Shown piece after piece: positions 7,981 through 16,407 of a stretch of DNA of 34,397 nucleotides. The notes below the pieces were generated by a model that saw only the letters and a program-made list of their open reading frames with translations, was not told where the DNA came from and did no database searches. Source of the stretch: a virus; IMG/VR virus record IMGVR_UViG_3300032295_001045, positions 1-34,397 of that record; one strand, written 5' to 3'. Every line of letters starts with the position of its first letter. Position 1 is the first letter of the stretch. The translations under genes and the position numbers were made by a program.

Positions 7981-10200
7981 TTAATCCGTTTCTATTTCAA
8001 TGACGCCAATCGCTCGACCATCCTGCCCACGCTCCACAATTTTACGCTTCGGCTTGTTCATTTTAGTGACCGCATCAGCCAACATTGCTACAGCTTGCGC
8101 CATGTTGTTTTGTTGGTCGCTCAATATGTTAGCGGCCTGGTCTGCCATCATTTTTACTTCGTCGCCAACTTTTTGTAAATGATTTTCGCCCTCGATTTGT
8201 ACTGATACCGCTGGCTTTTCTGCCGCTTGCGCGGTCATTTGTGCAATTGTGATTTTAGTTTCAGCGTCAATCCTGGCTTTCATTTCTGCGCGTTCTGTTT
8301 CAGCCTGCTGGCGCATGATTTCGAGATTCTGGGCTTGTCCTGCTTTGAATTGCTCAATCTGCAAACTTGCTTGCAGCTTGGCTTGCTCGATTTGCCCTTG
8401 AGTTTGTAGTTTGGCCTGCTCAATCTGCGCTTTAGTCTGCTCAACTTGCGTCATGGCCTGCATTTTCATTTGCTCCGGGTCTGGCTGCGGTTCTGCGGGT
8501 GGCTTAGGTTCGTTTAGTTTTGCCAGCGCAGAATCAAAAGCGGCTTCCATCGACCGCCCACCCTTAAATGCCCGAACGCCGAACATGAGCATCTCACCCA
8601 TCAGCGGGGCAAGCTCCGGCACCTGTTGAGCAACCGGCAATACCCGCTCCATGAACGTGCCTACTGACGTTAGAAACTCCAAACGGTTCTGCTTTTCCGT
8701 GGCTTCGTCCATTTCGACTAGAGAATCTGCCGCGACTTCAATTCTGAAGCCCCTGGACGGTTCACTCTTGAGTAGCATTATTGCCTGTTCAGCGTATTGG
8801 GCATCCTGAGTGCCGCCGATACCTGACATTTCGTACAGTGTTTGTGGCGAGTAAAAGTCGCACATAATCTGTGCTTTTGTTCGCAGAATCTCAGAGGAAA
8901 ACAAGGCTACCTCTGTTTGTAGTCGCCTCAATCTCAGACTTGCGTACTGGCTCTTGATCTGTTGCGCGGTAGCAGTTTCCGAGGCCATCGAAGCGCCTCG
9001 GATGATGTCTGACAGGCCGGTGATTTCATATACGACCTGCTTGGCTTGCTCTCTGGCGTTGTAGCATTGTGCTAATGCTTGTAATACAGACTCCAGCGGC
9101 AGGAAGTCAACAACACCCTTTAGACCGCCTTTTTCTGCGAATGCCGCCCAAGTATCGACTGGGATTAATGTATTGTTGACACCTTCAGACAACATCCTTT
9201 GTACGCTTGGCTGGTTTGCGTCATACACTCCAACGACCTTAACAGCTTCGACTAGCATACCGATACGGTTTGTCAGCATGTCGATTTCTTCGGCTTGGTC
9301 TTGGTATAGCGAAAAATCAGCAACCGGCACCAACGTGTCAGTGGTTTGCGTCGCAAACAAAGGCTTAGGACATGGCCAGAAGTTATCCAAGCCTAAAGGG
9401 TCGTCTTTAATGTCTAGCGTCTTAGAATGGCCTTGAGCCACCCAATACACCATTTTCGACGTTTTGCACCAGATTTCCCAGACTTCAGCCTTTTTCATGT
9501 CGTCCAGGTTTTCACTTTCGACACCATTCTTTTGTAATTCGTCGAGGCCAATAGGCTCATGGACTAACGGTACTTGCTTGAAGTCTTCACCGAACCGCTT
9601 AATACCCTCCGCTCGGCTCATGTACACCCGGCGAGCAACCCACGTCACTTCGTCCCAGCTTCGCGCCGGTGAGTATCGAAAGTCTTTCCAGAACACATAA
9701 TCGACGGGCGTGCATTCATATTTGTAAGCCATCGGCGTTATTTGCGCCTCGCCGCCCTCAATTCCTGGCGCGGCATCCGTTGGCATTGCCTGTTCTTTTT
9801 CCTCAAAACGCACCCAGGTTACGCCCCTGCCAGGCAGCAGTCGGTCAGTTATTGCCAGCCTGATCGAGCTGTCAAAGTCGCCATAATGGTCAATCTCGTA
9901 TTGTAAACAGCGCTCAAGAATCACTGAAGCGGTACGTCCAACCGGGTCGGAGTCTTTCCAGCGCCTGGCCACCTCTGCCCGTGGCGTTTTGCTGTACAGC
10001 GCTGGAATCATGGTCTGGATATTCGACCACAATATATTAAAGCGCTTCCCGCTAGTAGCCCAGCCGGCGCGGTCGTCTCGATATCTTTTAACTATCTTAT
10101 CGCCGCGCTCGATAAATTTTTCATCTTCGCGCTTGGCAAGTTTTAGCTCTGCATTCCACTTTTGTGCAGCGTCAACCGGGTTAATTGAAAGTGCATTCAA
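7981..10200 (-). CDS. Portal protein
   Basis: 739-aa ORF directly after the terminase genes. Has a long Gln/Ala/Glu coiled-coil C-terminal region like barrel-bearing portals. TTG start in a TTGA overlap with the upstream gene, with GGTGGAG upstream. Confidence 0.8.
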   Translation of the reverse strand: MNALSINPVDAAQKWNAELKLAKREDEKFIERGDKIVKRYRDDRAGWATSGKRFNILWSNIQTMIPALYSKTPRAEVARRWKDSDPVGRTASVILERCLQYEIDHYGDFDSSIRLAITDRLLPGRGVTWVRFEEKEQAMPTDAAPGIEGGEAQITPMAYKYECTPVDYVFWKDFRYSPARSWDEVTWVARRVYMSRAEGIKRFGEDFKQVPLVHEPIGLDELQKNGVESENLDDMKKAEVWEIWCKTSKMVYWVAQGHSKTLDIKDDPLGLDNFWPCPKPLFATQTTDTLVPVADFSLYQDQAEEIDMLTNRIGMLVEAVKVVGVYDANQPSVQRMLSEGVNNTLIPVDTWAAFAEKGGLKGVVDFLPLESVLQALAQCYNAREQAKQVVYEITGLSDIIRGASMASETATAQQIKSQYASLRLRRLQTEVALFSSEILRTKAQIMCDFYSPQTLYEMSGIGGTQDAQYAEQAIMLLKSEPSRGFRIEVAADSLVEMDEATEKQNRLEFLTSVGTFMERVLPVAQQVPELAPLMGEMLMFGVRAFKGGRSMEAAFDSALAKLNEPKPPAEPQPDPEQMKMQAMTQVEQTKAQIEQAKLQTQGQIEQAKLQASLQIEQFKAGQAQNLEIMRQQAETERAEMKARIDAETKITIAQMTAQAAEKPAVSVQIEGENHLQKVGDEVKMMADQAANILSDQQNNMAQAVAMLADAVTKMNKPKRKIVERGQDGRAIGVIEIETD

Positions 10201-10538
10201 GGTACTATCTCCACCCTAACCGCGCCGTTTGCTACCATCGGCGTGCCGTTTGAATATGTTTCTATTGCCCCGGTAGATACGCATAAAGCGCCATTATTAG
10301 CACGGGGGAGGCCATTAGACCAGACTACATCTACCGCAAGTCCAGCAGTGGCGTCAAAGTATCGAATCTGACCGGCGTCAGTCATCAAAAGCCCGTTGGC
10401 ATATTCGTCGCCACCAGTCGCAATTGCCCGGTTCAGGTCGCCGTTAGCCAAAATCCCGTTGATAAAAGCGTCCGCAGGCTGTACGGCACCAGTTCCAAGC
10501 CTTACGGTTTCGTTTGTGGATACAATAAAAACGCTCAT
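10197..10538 (-). CDS. Hypothetical protein between terminase and portal
   Basis: 113 aa counted from the ATG that overlaps the TerL stop (TAATG). The longer track ORF starting at 10574 has no better start signal. Confidence 0.55.
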   Translation of the reverse strand: MSVFIVSTNETVRLGTGAVQPADAFINGILANGDLNRAIATGGDEYANGLLMTDAGQIRYFDATAGLAVDVVWSNGLPRANNGALCVSTGAIETYSNGTPMVANGAVRVEIVP

Positions 10539-11890
10539 TAGTACCTTTCTGTTCGTCGCGGTGTTTCGCGCCATAACTCATCCAGCGGCACGGTTATTAT
10601 CCCATTATTTCCGGCTTTTATGTGAAAAATCGGCTCTTTTTCAGGGTTTTTCGGCTTGTTTTCCTTCCAACTTAAAGCAAGCATACGGAAAGCGTCGGCG
10701 CAGTGGCTCGATGAATCATGCCTCGGCTTCTCTCGAAATACCTTTTTATCTTCGTCATATTCACGCTGATACTGTTTAAGTATTTCTACCGCATCGCCGC
10801 AATTTTCCCGATCAAACCACACGCGAGGCATCATGAATCGAACCGCTTGAATGCCATCTTGAACACTAAGACTAGGCACAATTGCAAGCTTTCCAGCGCC
10901 GCCGAGTAACGGAATCAGTTGCTCAATGATCGACCTGCCGCCACTTGCCAACGTCTTTGCTCTTGCGTCATGGGGCAGCCAGTGTTTTTCGTATCGGTAG
11001 CCTCTGGTATTTACCGCCTTTGCATAATCTTCAATAGAAAGCCCGGAAGCTGCGTAATAGTCTATGCAGTGTATTTCGGTATGCGTGACTTGATAAAACC
11101 ATATTGCCGTATCGTCGTGATAACCCAAGTCCCAGGCTGTATAAACCGGGATATTCGGGTCATATTCAACAGTCGTAACGCGCCCAGCCTGTTCGCACTG
11201 CCGAAGCTCTTTGCCGTAGTACGCACCAAGAATTGCCGCCTCGAATGAGCATTCAAACTCTTGCTCGTATTGATCCTCAGTCATTCCGTGCTTGGCGTCG
11301 GATAGCTCACTGGCAGGCAATATGCCCGACAGACTAGCTTTTACGCTTGCCGCATACCAAGAATCCGAGGCTTGTGCGGTGCGCCATATTTCGTAGAATC
11401 CATTGTGACCTTTGGGGGTTCCGATGAATACCGCCCAGCCTTCCCGGTCAGCCAATAAGGGTCGAATAATCTCACCCCATACCCTAGGGCGCATATCTGC
11501 ATACTCATCCAGTATTACGCCGTCCAGGTACAGTCCGCGCAATGAATCCGGGTTATCTGCGCCGAAAAGTCTAATCCTGGCTCCGTTCAGCAGTTCTACC
11601 CACAATTCCGAAGCGTTGGCGTTTACCCTGACCGGCTCAGAAAACTTAAGCAGGTAATCCCAGGCAATGCTTTTTGCTTGTCGGTAAAACGGGGCAATGT
11701 AGGCATAACGTCCTTCTGCTTTACCGTCTAAAAATGCCCGGCGTATCAGGTCGTTGATACACGCCACCGTTTTTCCGGCTCGCCGGTGTGCTACCAGACA
11801 CGCCCAGCGCTCAGTGCGTTTGTGGAATTTCCTGAAAGCATCCCGTGGTGAATAGGGGATGATTATTTCACGGGCTAGTCCTGCGCCCAT
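10538..11890 (-). CDS. terL: Terminase large subunit
   Basis: 450 aa. Walker A-like AHRRAGKT, Walker B-like GVILDEYAD, and a C-terminal nuclease-type WDLGYHDDTAIWF segment. Confidence 0.9.
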   Translation of the reverse strand: MGAGLAREIIIPYSPRDAFRKFHKRTERWACLVAHRRAGKTVACINDLIRRAFLDGKAEGRYAYIAPFYRQAKSIAWDYLLKFSEPVRVNANASELWVELLNGARIRLFGADNPDSLRGLYLDGVILDEYADMRPRVWGEIIRPLLADREGWAVFIGTPKGHNGFYEIWRTAQASDSWYAASVKASLSGILPASELSDAKHGMTEDQYEQEFECSFEAAILGAYYGKELRQCEQAGRVTTVEYDPNIPVYTAWDLGYHDDTAIWFYQVTHTEIHCIDYYAASGLSIEDYAKAVNTRGYRYEKHWLPHDARAKTLASGGRSIIEQLIPLLGGAGKLAIVPSLSVQDGIQAVRFMMPRVWFDRENCGDAVEILKQYQREYDEDKKVFREKPRHDSSSHCADAFRMLALSWKENKPKNPEKEPIFHIKAGNNGIITVPLDELWRETPRRTERY

Positions 11891-12189
11891 TTAATCACTT
11901 TTTGTAGCGGCTGTTTTTCGTCTCCGACCATCTCGGTTCTGGCCAGCTTCGGCACTGCGTATTCTGCCAGCTTGCATAGCAAATCTAGCGCTTTTTCAGG
12001 TGCCGGGTCTTTTCCGTGTGACCCCGTGGCGACTTGATTAAGCCATTCCTGGACGTTCTGGCTGTTTTCGTCTAGCAGTCTACGTACTGTCTCTTTGAAG
12101 TCAGCAGTAAGCTTGTTTTGGCTTCCCTTACGCCTTCCTGCGTTAGCTCTATGCCCACCTCGGCCAGATTTTGATATTTTTTCACTCAT
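11875..12189 (-). CDS. Terminase small subunit-like protein
   Basis: 104-aa basic ORF (GRGGHRANAGRRKGSQNK) overlapping the terL start. First gene after the predicted late promoter. Confidence 0.5.
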   Translation of the reverse strand: MSEKISKSGRGGHRANAGRRKGSQNKLTADFKETVRRLLDENSQNVQEWLNQVATGSHGKDPAPEKALDLLCKLAEYAVPKLARTEMVGDEKQPLQKVIKWAQD

Positions 12190-12195
12190 GCTCTT

Positions 12196-12223
12196 ATTCT
12201 ACACAATCGCAAAAATAGTGCAA
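12196..12223 (-). promoter_or_regulatory. Sigma70-type late promoter TTGCAC-N16-(TGTG)TAGAAT; predicted +1 on the A of the TerS-like ATG
   Basis: Minus strand reads TTGCACtatttttgcgattgtgTAGAATaagagcATG. Located in the only sizeable gap between the early and late arms. Confidence 0.5.
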
Positions 12224-12245
12224 TAGTATGAAAAATAACGCTTTT

Positions 12246-12437
12246 TTACTGTTTTTGCATTTCTTTGTATTTACGCTTGTTTGAATTTATCCAGTAATCA
12301 ATTGCGTCCTTTTGCTCTTGCGTTTTCGCTAACTCGTCTTGTTGGAATCTACACCTCATTATCCACGCTGAATTGTAAAACTCAACCGAAAAATTTATGT
12401 TTTCAGTGTAGTAGCCTTTTGGGTTCGTTCTTTCCAT
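12246..12437 (-). CDS. Hypothetical early protein
   Basis: 63-aa ORF with AGGAAAG upstream. AT-rich. Overlaps the upstream ORF by 43 nt. Confidence 0.45.
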   Translation of the reverse strand: MERTNPKGYYTENINFSVEFYNSAWIMRCRFQQDELAKTQEQKDAIDYWINSNKRKYKEMQKQ

Positions 12438-12664
12438 AGTCTTTCCTGAGTTTCTAGCTCTAGTCTTTCTTTAGCTTTCCAGATCAAAGCAACTCTGAGA
12501 TAACGACATATTGACTCCGCTTTTTCTGCTGCGCGTTCTGCTTCTTTCAAAGAATCATAATCTTTTTTTTCAAGCATTTCTGCCCATTGCTTGCCAAAAT
12601 TGTGTCTTTCAGCGGCAATTTGCACGTCTTCCATTAAATTCCATATGTTTTCAAAGTTATTCAT
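12395..12664 (-). CDS. Hypothetical early protein
   Basis: 89-aa charged helical ORF. The start overlaps the upstream stop (ATGAATAA). Confidence 0.55.
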   Translation of the reverse strand: MNNFENIWNLMEDVQIAAERHNFGKQWAEMLEKKDYDSLKEAERAAEKAESICRYLRVALIWKAKERLELETQERLWKERTQKATTLKT

Positions 12665-12878
12665 TGCTCATTGCTCTTATTGCGTCTGCCATTTCCTTAC
12701 CAATTCCGGCAGCTATGTATGATTCACACTTTTTTGCGCATTTTTCACGCTCTGCTGTGGCTCCTGCTGCGTAGACAAGGGCGGCGAAGCGCATAGTTTC
12801 TTCTTCAAATGTTTCTATATTAGCCTCATCTGCCATGCGTATTATGTCTGCCATGCGGAGTATATTGTCTCGTGTCAT
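12657..12878 (-). CDS. Hypothetical early protein
   Basis: 73-aa ORF with an ATGA overlap with the upstream gene. Confidence 0.6.
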   Translation of the reverse strand: MTRDNILRMADIIRMADEANIETFEEETMRFAALVYAAGATAEREKCAKKCESYIAAGIGKEMADAIRAMSNE

Positions 12879-13081
12879 TTATTCCCCCTTGCTTTCAACA
12901 TAGCATCGGCAACGATGTAGCAGTCTTCAGCAAGAATTTCTGAAAGTGTCGGGTTTTTATATGTGTTGCCTGATGTTCTTGCTTCTTCCAATCTATTAGT
13001 AATGACTGCTGACATAGCTTTCGCTGCAAAATAGTCGCGCAGGGTCATGCCGTGTGAGTTTTCTTCAACGTAAAGTTTCAT
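12875..13081 (-). CDS. Hypothetical early protein (MTLRDYFAAKAM motif)
   Basis: 68 aa counted from the ATG at 13081, which is preceded by AAGGAGAAAAACAC. The track start at 13123 lacks a ribosome-binding site. Confidence 0.6.
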   Translation of the reverse strand: MKLYVEENSHGMTLRDYFAAKAMSAVITNRLEEARTSGNTYKNPTLSEILAEDCYIVADAMLKARGNK

Positions 13082-13094
13082 GTGTTTTTCTCCT

Positions 13095-13385
13095 TCATTT
13101 CGGTTTATTGGCGAGGTCAGCACTCAATAGCCTGTCCGCTTCAATCGCCGCCAGTTCCAGGGTTGCATAATTGCCGTAAAAGCAATTCCCCATTTGGAGC
13201 CAATAGCGCTTTGTCTCGTCACCGAACGAAATTATAATATTCATCTTGTCGTGCCGGCGCAGCCAAGTGCCAAAGAACTTCCCGTGAATATCACCGGACT
13301 GCTGATGCCCATCTAGCTCGTGCTTGCCGTAATCCCAAAATTCAACATCGCGCCCAACCGGACGCGGGTTCCGTTCCTTGCTCAT
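13095..13385 (-). CDS. Hypothetical early protein
   Basis: 96-aa ORF preceded by the same AAGGAGAAAAACAC element. Confidence 0.6.
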   Translation of the reverse strand: MSKERNPRPVGRDVEFWDYGKHELDGHQQSGDIHGKFFGTWLRRHDKMNIIISFGDETKRYWLQMGNCFYGNYATLELAAIEADRLLSADLANKPK

Positions 13386-13409
13386 GTGTTTTTCTCCTTT
13401 AGTGTGTGA

Positions 13410-13667
13410 CTAATACCATTTATCATCTTCATCTGCCGGCTTTGATACTGGTGTTTTCCAATATGGTTCTTTTTTCTCGGTCGGCGATCCTTTGGGACGT
13501 GTTTTGCCCGTGTAACACACTTGTTTATCATCTGCTGTAATTACGCGCCCTTCACGTGCCAGCCATACATGCTTTATTTGTGTCCGAGCCTCACCGTCCC
13601 ACAAGTGCCACACATATGCATCTTGCGGCATTTGTTTTAGTGATTCAATAAGCTCTTTTACTTGCAT
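13410..13667 (-). CDS. Hypothetical early protein
   Basis: 85-aa ORF preceded by the same AAGGAGAAAAACAC element. Confidence 0.6.
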   Translation of the reverse strand: MQVKELIESLKQMPQDAYVWHLWDGEARTQIKHVWLAREGRVITADDKQVCYTGKTRPKGSPTEKKEPYWKTPVSKPADEDDKWY

Positions 13668-14155
13668 GTGTTTTTCTCCTTTAATTTAGCTTCGATGGTT
13701 TTGTAAACTTCCCTGCGAGTAGAAACAGCACCGTCCATTACGCTGTCCCATGTCGTTTGAATCTCCTCGTCTGTCAGTCCTTGCCATTCGCGCTGTTGTG
13801 GGGAGGTGTAAAGCGGAACAATCTCAGCAATACCGTTCTGTACCCAAGGATCGGCGCGTAACTTCTCAATCTTGCTTTCAAACGTTGACCATCCCGTAGG
13901 CGCAATTTCATCACTGATTGACTTGCTACTTAGTGTACGAAGTACATACGCCACCGGGTCTTGCTCTGGCGTTAATGCGGCCTCTATCTCTTGCTGCACG
14001 TCAGTAAAACGCTGCAGTGGCTCTGGCTGCGCCAGCCTCTCGCCTAGTGCGGCGATGGCTTCGCTGTGTCCATCCAAGTCTTTGTTTGAGTTTGAATATG
14101 GATGTGCTTTTATCAGCGCCTCCAGCGCTTGCTGCATCAGTTTACGGTCAGTCAT
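13658..14155 (-). CDS. Hypothetical early protein
   Basis: 165 aa counted from the ATG at 14155 (ATGA overlap with the upstream 27-aa ORF). The track start at 14161 is a GTG. Confidence 0.6.
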   Translation of the reverse strand: MTDRKLMQQALEALIKAHPYSNSNKDLDGHSEAIAALGERLAQPEPLQRFTDVQQEIEAALTPEQDPVAYVLRTLSSKSISDEIAPTGWSTFESKIEKLRADPWVQNGIAEIVPLYTSPQQREWQGLTDEEIQTTWDSVMDGAVSTRREVYKTIEAKLKEKNTCK

Positions 14156-14235
14156 ACCCACCCCGCAGCACTTACAAACTCATCCCACGTCATGTCTATT
14201 ACTTTGTCTTCTAAAATGATTATGGTCATTTTCAT
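14152..14235 (-). CDS. Possible 27-aa ORF
   Basis: AGGAGA upstream; MKMTIIILEDKVIDMTWDEFVSAAGWV. Ends in an ATGA overlap with the next gene. Below the track size cutoff. Confidence 0.35.
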   Translation of the reverse strand: MKMTIIILEDKVIDMTWDEFVSAAGWV

Positions 14236-14296
14236 TCTCCTGTAGGGGCTTGCGCCACTGTTTTTATTATTAAAAAACTTTATTGCTGGGTTGCAA

Positions 14297-14527
14297 TTAT
14301 TTGAAATGATTGATGTTCCAATCGTTATCCCACCATTCGAGTAAGTCAGGCAACGCTGATATAGAACAGTTCACGCCGTCACCCTCTTGTACACATTTGA
14401 AAATGTTGTCTCCCAGACCGATTAAAGAAAACCTGTCTCCGAACAATTCTTGCGCGACTGTTTTGGCTTCATCTAGCTCAGAATCTGCGTCAAAAATAAA
14501 ACTGTTGTTTTTTACAGTGATGCTCAT
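14297..14527 (-). CDS. Hypothetical early protein
   Basis: 76-aa acidic ORF with AGGAGA upstream. First gene after promoter 14576-14603. Confidence 0.6.
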   Translation of the reverse strand: MSITVKNNSFIFDADSELDEAKTVAQELFGDRFSLIGLGDNIFKCVQEGDGVNCSISALPDLLEWWDNDWNINHFK

Positions 14528-14575
14528 TTTTCATTCTCCTGGTGTTAATTAGCTTTATTGCTAACCATGCAGAGA

Positions 14576-14603
14576 ATTATACACACTTAAACAGACTATG
14601 CAA
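14576..14603 (-). promoter_or_regulatory. Sigma70-type promoter TTGCAT-N16-(TGTG)TATAAT
   Basis: Minus strand reads TTGCATagtctgtttaagtgtgTATAAT, nearly identical to the 23918-23945 promoter. The -35 element overlaps the resolvase stop codon. Confidence 0.6.
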
Positions 14604-15027
14604 GCCTTTTTATCCCACCATGTGAGAAAACACACATTGCCGCATCGCGCTCGTGTTGGTTGCTTTTTTTCTGCCAGCCCGTCAGCTTGTTAAAAGTCTC
14701 AGCGTCCAGCTTGCGCCCTTTGTGCTTCGGGCTTATTCCGTGAGCGCTGATCTTCATTTCTTCACATATGGCGCATATTAAATTGCATATAGCGTCAACC
14801 TGCCCGACATTCCGGGCTATCTTCATGCGTGCAGCTTGGCTAGTGCCCCGGCTCCAGACTGGCGAAGTCAAGCGCGAATCCTCAAATATCACGCTTGTAA
14901 CGGAAAGGCTAGGAAGCAGCGTTATTAGCTGAATCGGCGTCCAGGTGGTTAGCTTTGTGAGCTTTCCGTCCTCAAATATAGCTACTCCCGTATTTGTACC
15001 GGGGTCAAGTCCGATTAGCATACTCAT
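14596..15027 (-). CDS. RuvC-like Holliday junction resolvase
   Basis: 143 aa. N-terminal IGLDPGTNTGVAIF, an internal FEDS acidic site and C-terminal NQHERDAAM fit the RuvC/RNase H-fold catalytic pattern. Confidence 0.75.
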   Translation of the reverse strand: MSMLIGLDPGTNTGVAIFEDGKLTKLTTWTPIQLITLLPSLSVTSVIFEDSRLTSPVWSRGTSQAARMKIARNVGQVDAICNLICAICEEMKISAHGISPKHKGRKLDAETFNKLTGWQKKSNQHERDAAMCVFSHGGIKRLA

Positions 15028-15166
15028 TTATCAGCTTAGTCACGCCAGCGGAAAAGTTCCCGCCGCCGATCTTTTTCGCTTTTTCATGCGCTTTTTTTGA
15101 AATGTAGATATTCACGCGCTTTGCGTCTTCAATTGTTTTTGGCTTGCCGATTTTTTTAGTGTCCAT
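15005..15166 (-). CDS. Ribbon-helix-helix (CopG/Arc-like) DNA-binding protein
   Basis: 53-aa ORF below the track cutoff. KRVNIYISKKAHEKAKKIGGGNFSAGVTKLINEY fits a strand-helix-helix layout. The ATG lies 6 nt after a TAGAAT -10 element. Confidence 0.55.
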   Translation of the reverse strand: MDTKKIGKPKTIEDAKRVNIYISKKAHEKAKKIGGGNFSAGVTKLINEYANRT

Positions 15167-15172
15167 AATCTC

Positions 15173-15200
15173 ATTCTACACACTTACGCGGCAGGTTCAA
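15173..15200 (-). promoter_or_regulatory. Sigma70-type promoter TTGAAC-N16-(TGTG)TAGAAT; predicted +1 on the A of the RHH ATG
   Basis: Minus strand reads TTGAACctgccgcgtaagtgtgTAGAATgagattATG. Same geometry as the late promoter. Confidence 0.5.
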
Positions 15201-15268
15201 GCCTTTTGTCCCAATCACACTCAAAAGAAAATGGAAGCCTGCCGAATATCTGCATTAGCTCGCGCTCC

Positions 15269-15490
15269 TTAGGGCTTAACGCGCAGCCTTTCGACATCTC
15301 TAAGCCAGCCCGATGACTTCGCACAGGCAAGAATGCTGGTTTTGACGCGTTCGGCAATGTCGCGCCCAAGTCGGGCTTCAATGTCTCGCAAGTAGTCCGC
15401 GACTTTATCTCTTTCCCCATCATGAAAATTCTCGACGGCGCAGCAGAAACGCTCAAAAGTCTCGGAGCGCTCATTCGTTTGCTGCCTCAT
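15269..15490 (-). CDS. Hypothetical early protein (frame choice uncertain)
   Basis: 73 aa counted from an internal ATG. Charged helical sequence (ERSETFERF...DYLRDIEARLGRDIAERV). It competes with the overlapping frame 15184-15474. Confidence 0.4.
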   Translation of the reverse strand: MRQQTNERSETFERFCCAVENFHDGERDKVADYLRDIEARLGRDIAERVKTSILACAKSSGWLRDVERLRVKP

Positions 15491-15641
15491 AGGTTTCTGC
15501 GATGTATTCAATTATTTTTTGCGACGCAATAATATTTTGAGACAAGAAAGCAAGCGCCATCTGTCTGTTTTTCATAATAAGCTCTGGCAGTTTGCGCCCG
15601 GCTTCTTGTATTTTTAGTACATCTTCACTGTAGTCTTTCAT
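15471..15641 (-). CDS. Hypothetical 56-aa early protein
   Basis: Below the track cutoff. AAGGAA upstream; MKDYSEDVLKIQEAGRKLPELIMKNRQMALAF...; fills an otherwise empty 135-nt gap. Confidence 0.5.
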   Translation of the reverse strand: MKDYSEDVLKIQEAGRKLPELIMKNRQMALAFLSQNIIASQKIIEYIAETYEAANE

Positions 15642-15645
15642 TAAC

Positions 15646-15933
15646 TTATTCCTTTGCAGCGTTTTTGTTTGCCATCGAAATTAAACATTGTGCGCGAATA
15701 TCTGCCAACAAGTTTGCTGTTATTCCATGCCTATCCATAACTTCAAACGCCGAGCGCATCATGCTTTCAAACAATTCAATATCGCTTTGTCTCGCAACGA
15801 CCGGGTGACGATAGCGGTTGAGATACCCGCAGTGTTGGCAACGGGTTTCTGTTGTTGCCATTTCCATTTCTGCCATTTCTTGCAACGTTTCGCCAAGCCA
15901 CTTGCTCATAGGTTTATCGTTATAAGTGTTCAT
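15646..15933 (-). CDS. Hypothetical early protein
   Basis: 95-aa ORF with AAAGGAGCGAG upstream. Contains a CQHCG motif. Confidence 0.6.
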   Translation of the reverse strand: MNTYNDKPMSKWLGETLQEMAEMEMATTETRCQHCGYLNRYRHPVVARQSDIELFESMMRSAFEVMDRHGITANLLADIRAQCLISMANKNAAKE

Positions 15934-15947
15934 AATTTTCTCGCTCC

Positions 15948-16014
15948 TTTTTCCTTTTCACATAACACTACGTTCCTGCGGATTCGCTACGCTCACCGCT
16001 GAACTTATCCGTTA
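15948..16014 (-). repeat. Intergenic element, copy B (related to 16346-16407)
   Basis: Minus strand reads CTAACGGatAAGTTCAGCGG...GGAACG...GTTAtGTGAAAAGGAAAAA. It starts at a gene stop codon and ends in the next ribosome-binding site. Confidence 0.7.
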
Positions 16015-16239
16015 GTCGCCAAAGCACCCGGGCTTGCCGCACCACAGCCGTTCAATTACCGGCTTGATGCCGCCGCTCCAATCTTGTTCGCCTGCGACGG
16101 TCACGGCCTTGTATGCCAACACCGCGCCGCCGACCCAGATGCACAGGATTAGCACGAGCACGCCGCCAATAAACCACGTCACAAAACGTTGCATGCGATT
16201 GAATCGCTTGTCGAAGTCGCTGTTCCAGCTTTTCATCAT
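16012..16239 (-). CDS. Small membrane protein (75 aa)
   Basis: ATGATG start preceded by GAAGGAAAA. One long hydrophobic span, FVTWFIGGVLVLILCIWVGGAVLAY. The track version from the TTG at 16320 was rejected. Confidence 0.6.
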   Translation of the reverse strand: MMKSWNSDFDKRFNRMQRFVTWFIGGVLVLILCIWVGGAVLAYKAVTVAGEQDWSGGIKPVIERLWCGKPGCFGD

Positions 16240-16255
16240 TTTTCCTTCAATAACT

Positions 16256-16345
16256 TTAAGCTTTGTAATAATCCAAAAGTAACCCAATAACGCAAACAAG
16301 AACAAGTAAAATCCAAGCAACGCCTTCAGCAGAAATTTTCATCAT
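16256..16345 (-). CDS. Possible 29-aa membrane peptide
   Basis: MMKISAEGVAWILLVLVCVIGLLLDYYKA. Preceded by AAAGGAAAAATGATGAAA, almost the same start region as the gene at 16239. Confidence 0.4.
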   Translation of the reverse strand: MMKISAEGVAWILLVLVCVIGLLLDYYKA

Positions 16346-16407
16346 TTTTCCTTTTCACCTAACCCATCGTTCCATCAAATGCTTCGCCCCGCTGAACTTT
16401 GCCGTTA
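16346..16407 (-). repeat. Intergenic element, copy A (related to 15948-16014)
   Basis: Minus strand reads CTAACGGcaAAGTTCAGCGG...GGAACG...GTTAgGTGAAAAGGAAAAA. The ends are conserved and the centre has diverged. Confidence 0.7.

Noticed and set aside
15184-15474. The track ORF of 96 aa as a single real gene
   Set aside because: Most of its translation is Ser/Pro/Arg-rich and looks non-protein-like. Only the last ~30 aa look genuine. I kept it as an open question rather than a feature.
16012-16320. The long 102-aa version of the membrane-protein ORF
   Set aside because: It starts at a TTG with no ribosome-binding site. An ATGATG with GAAGGAAAA at 16239, and a separate 29-aa ORF with a near-identical start region at 16345, explain the sequence better.
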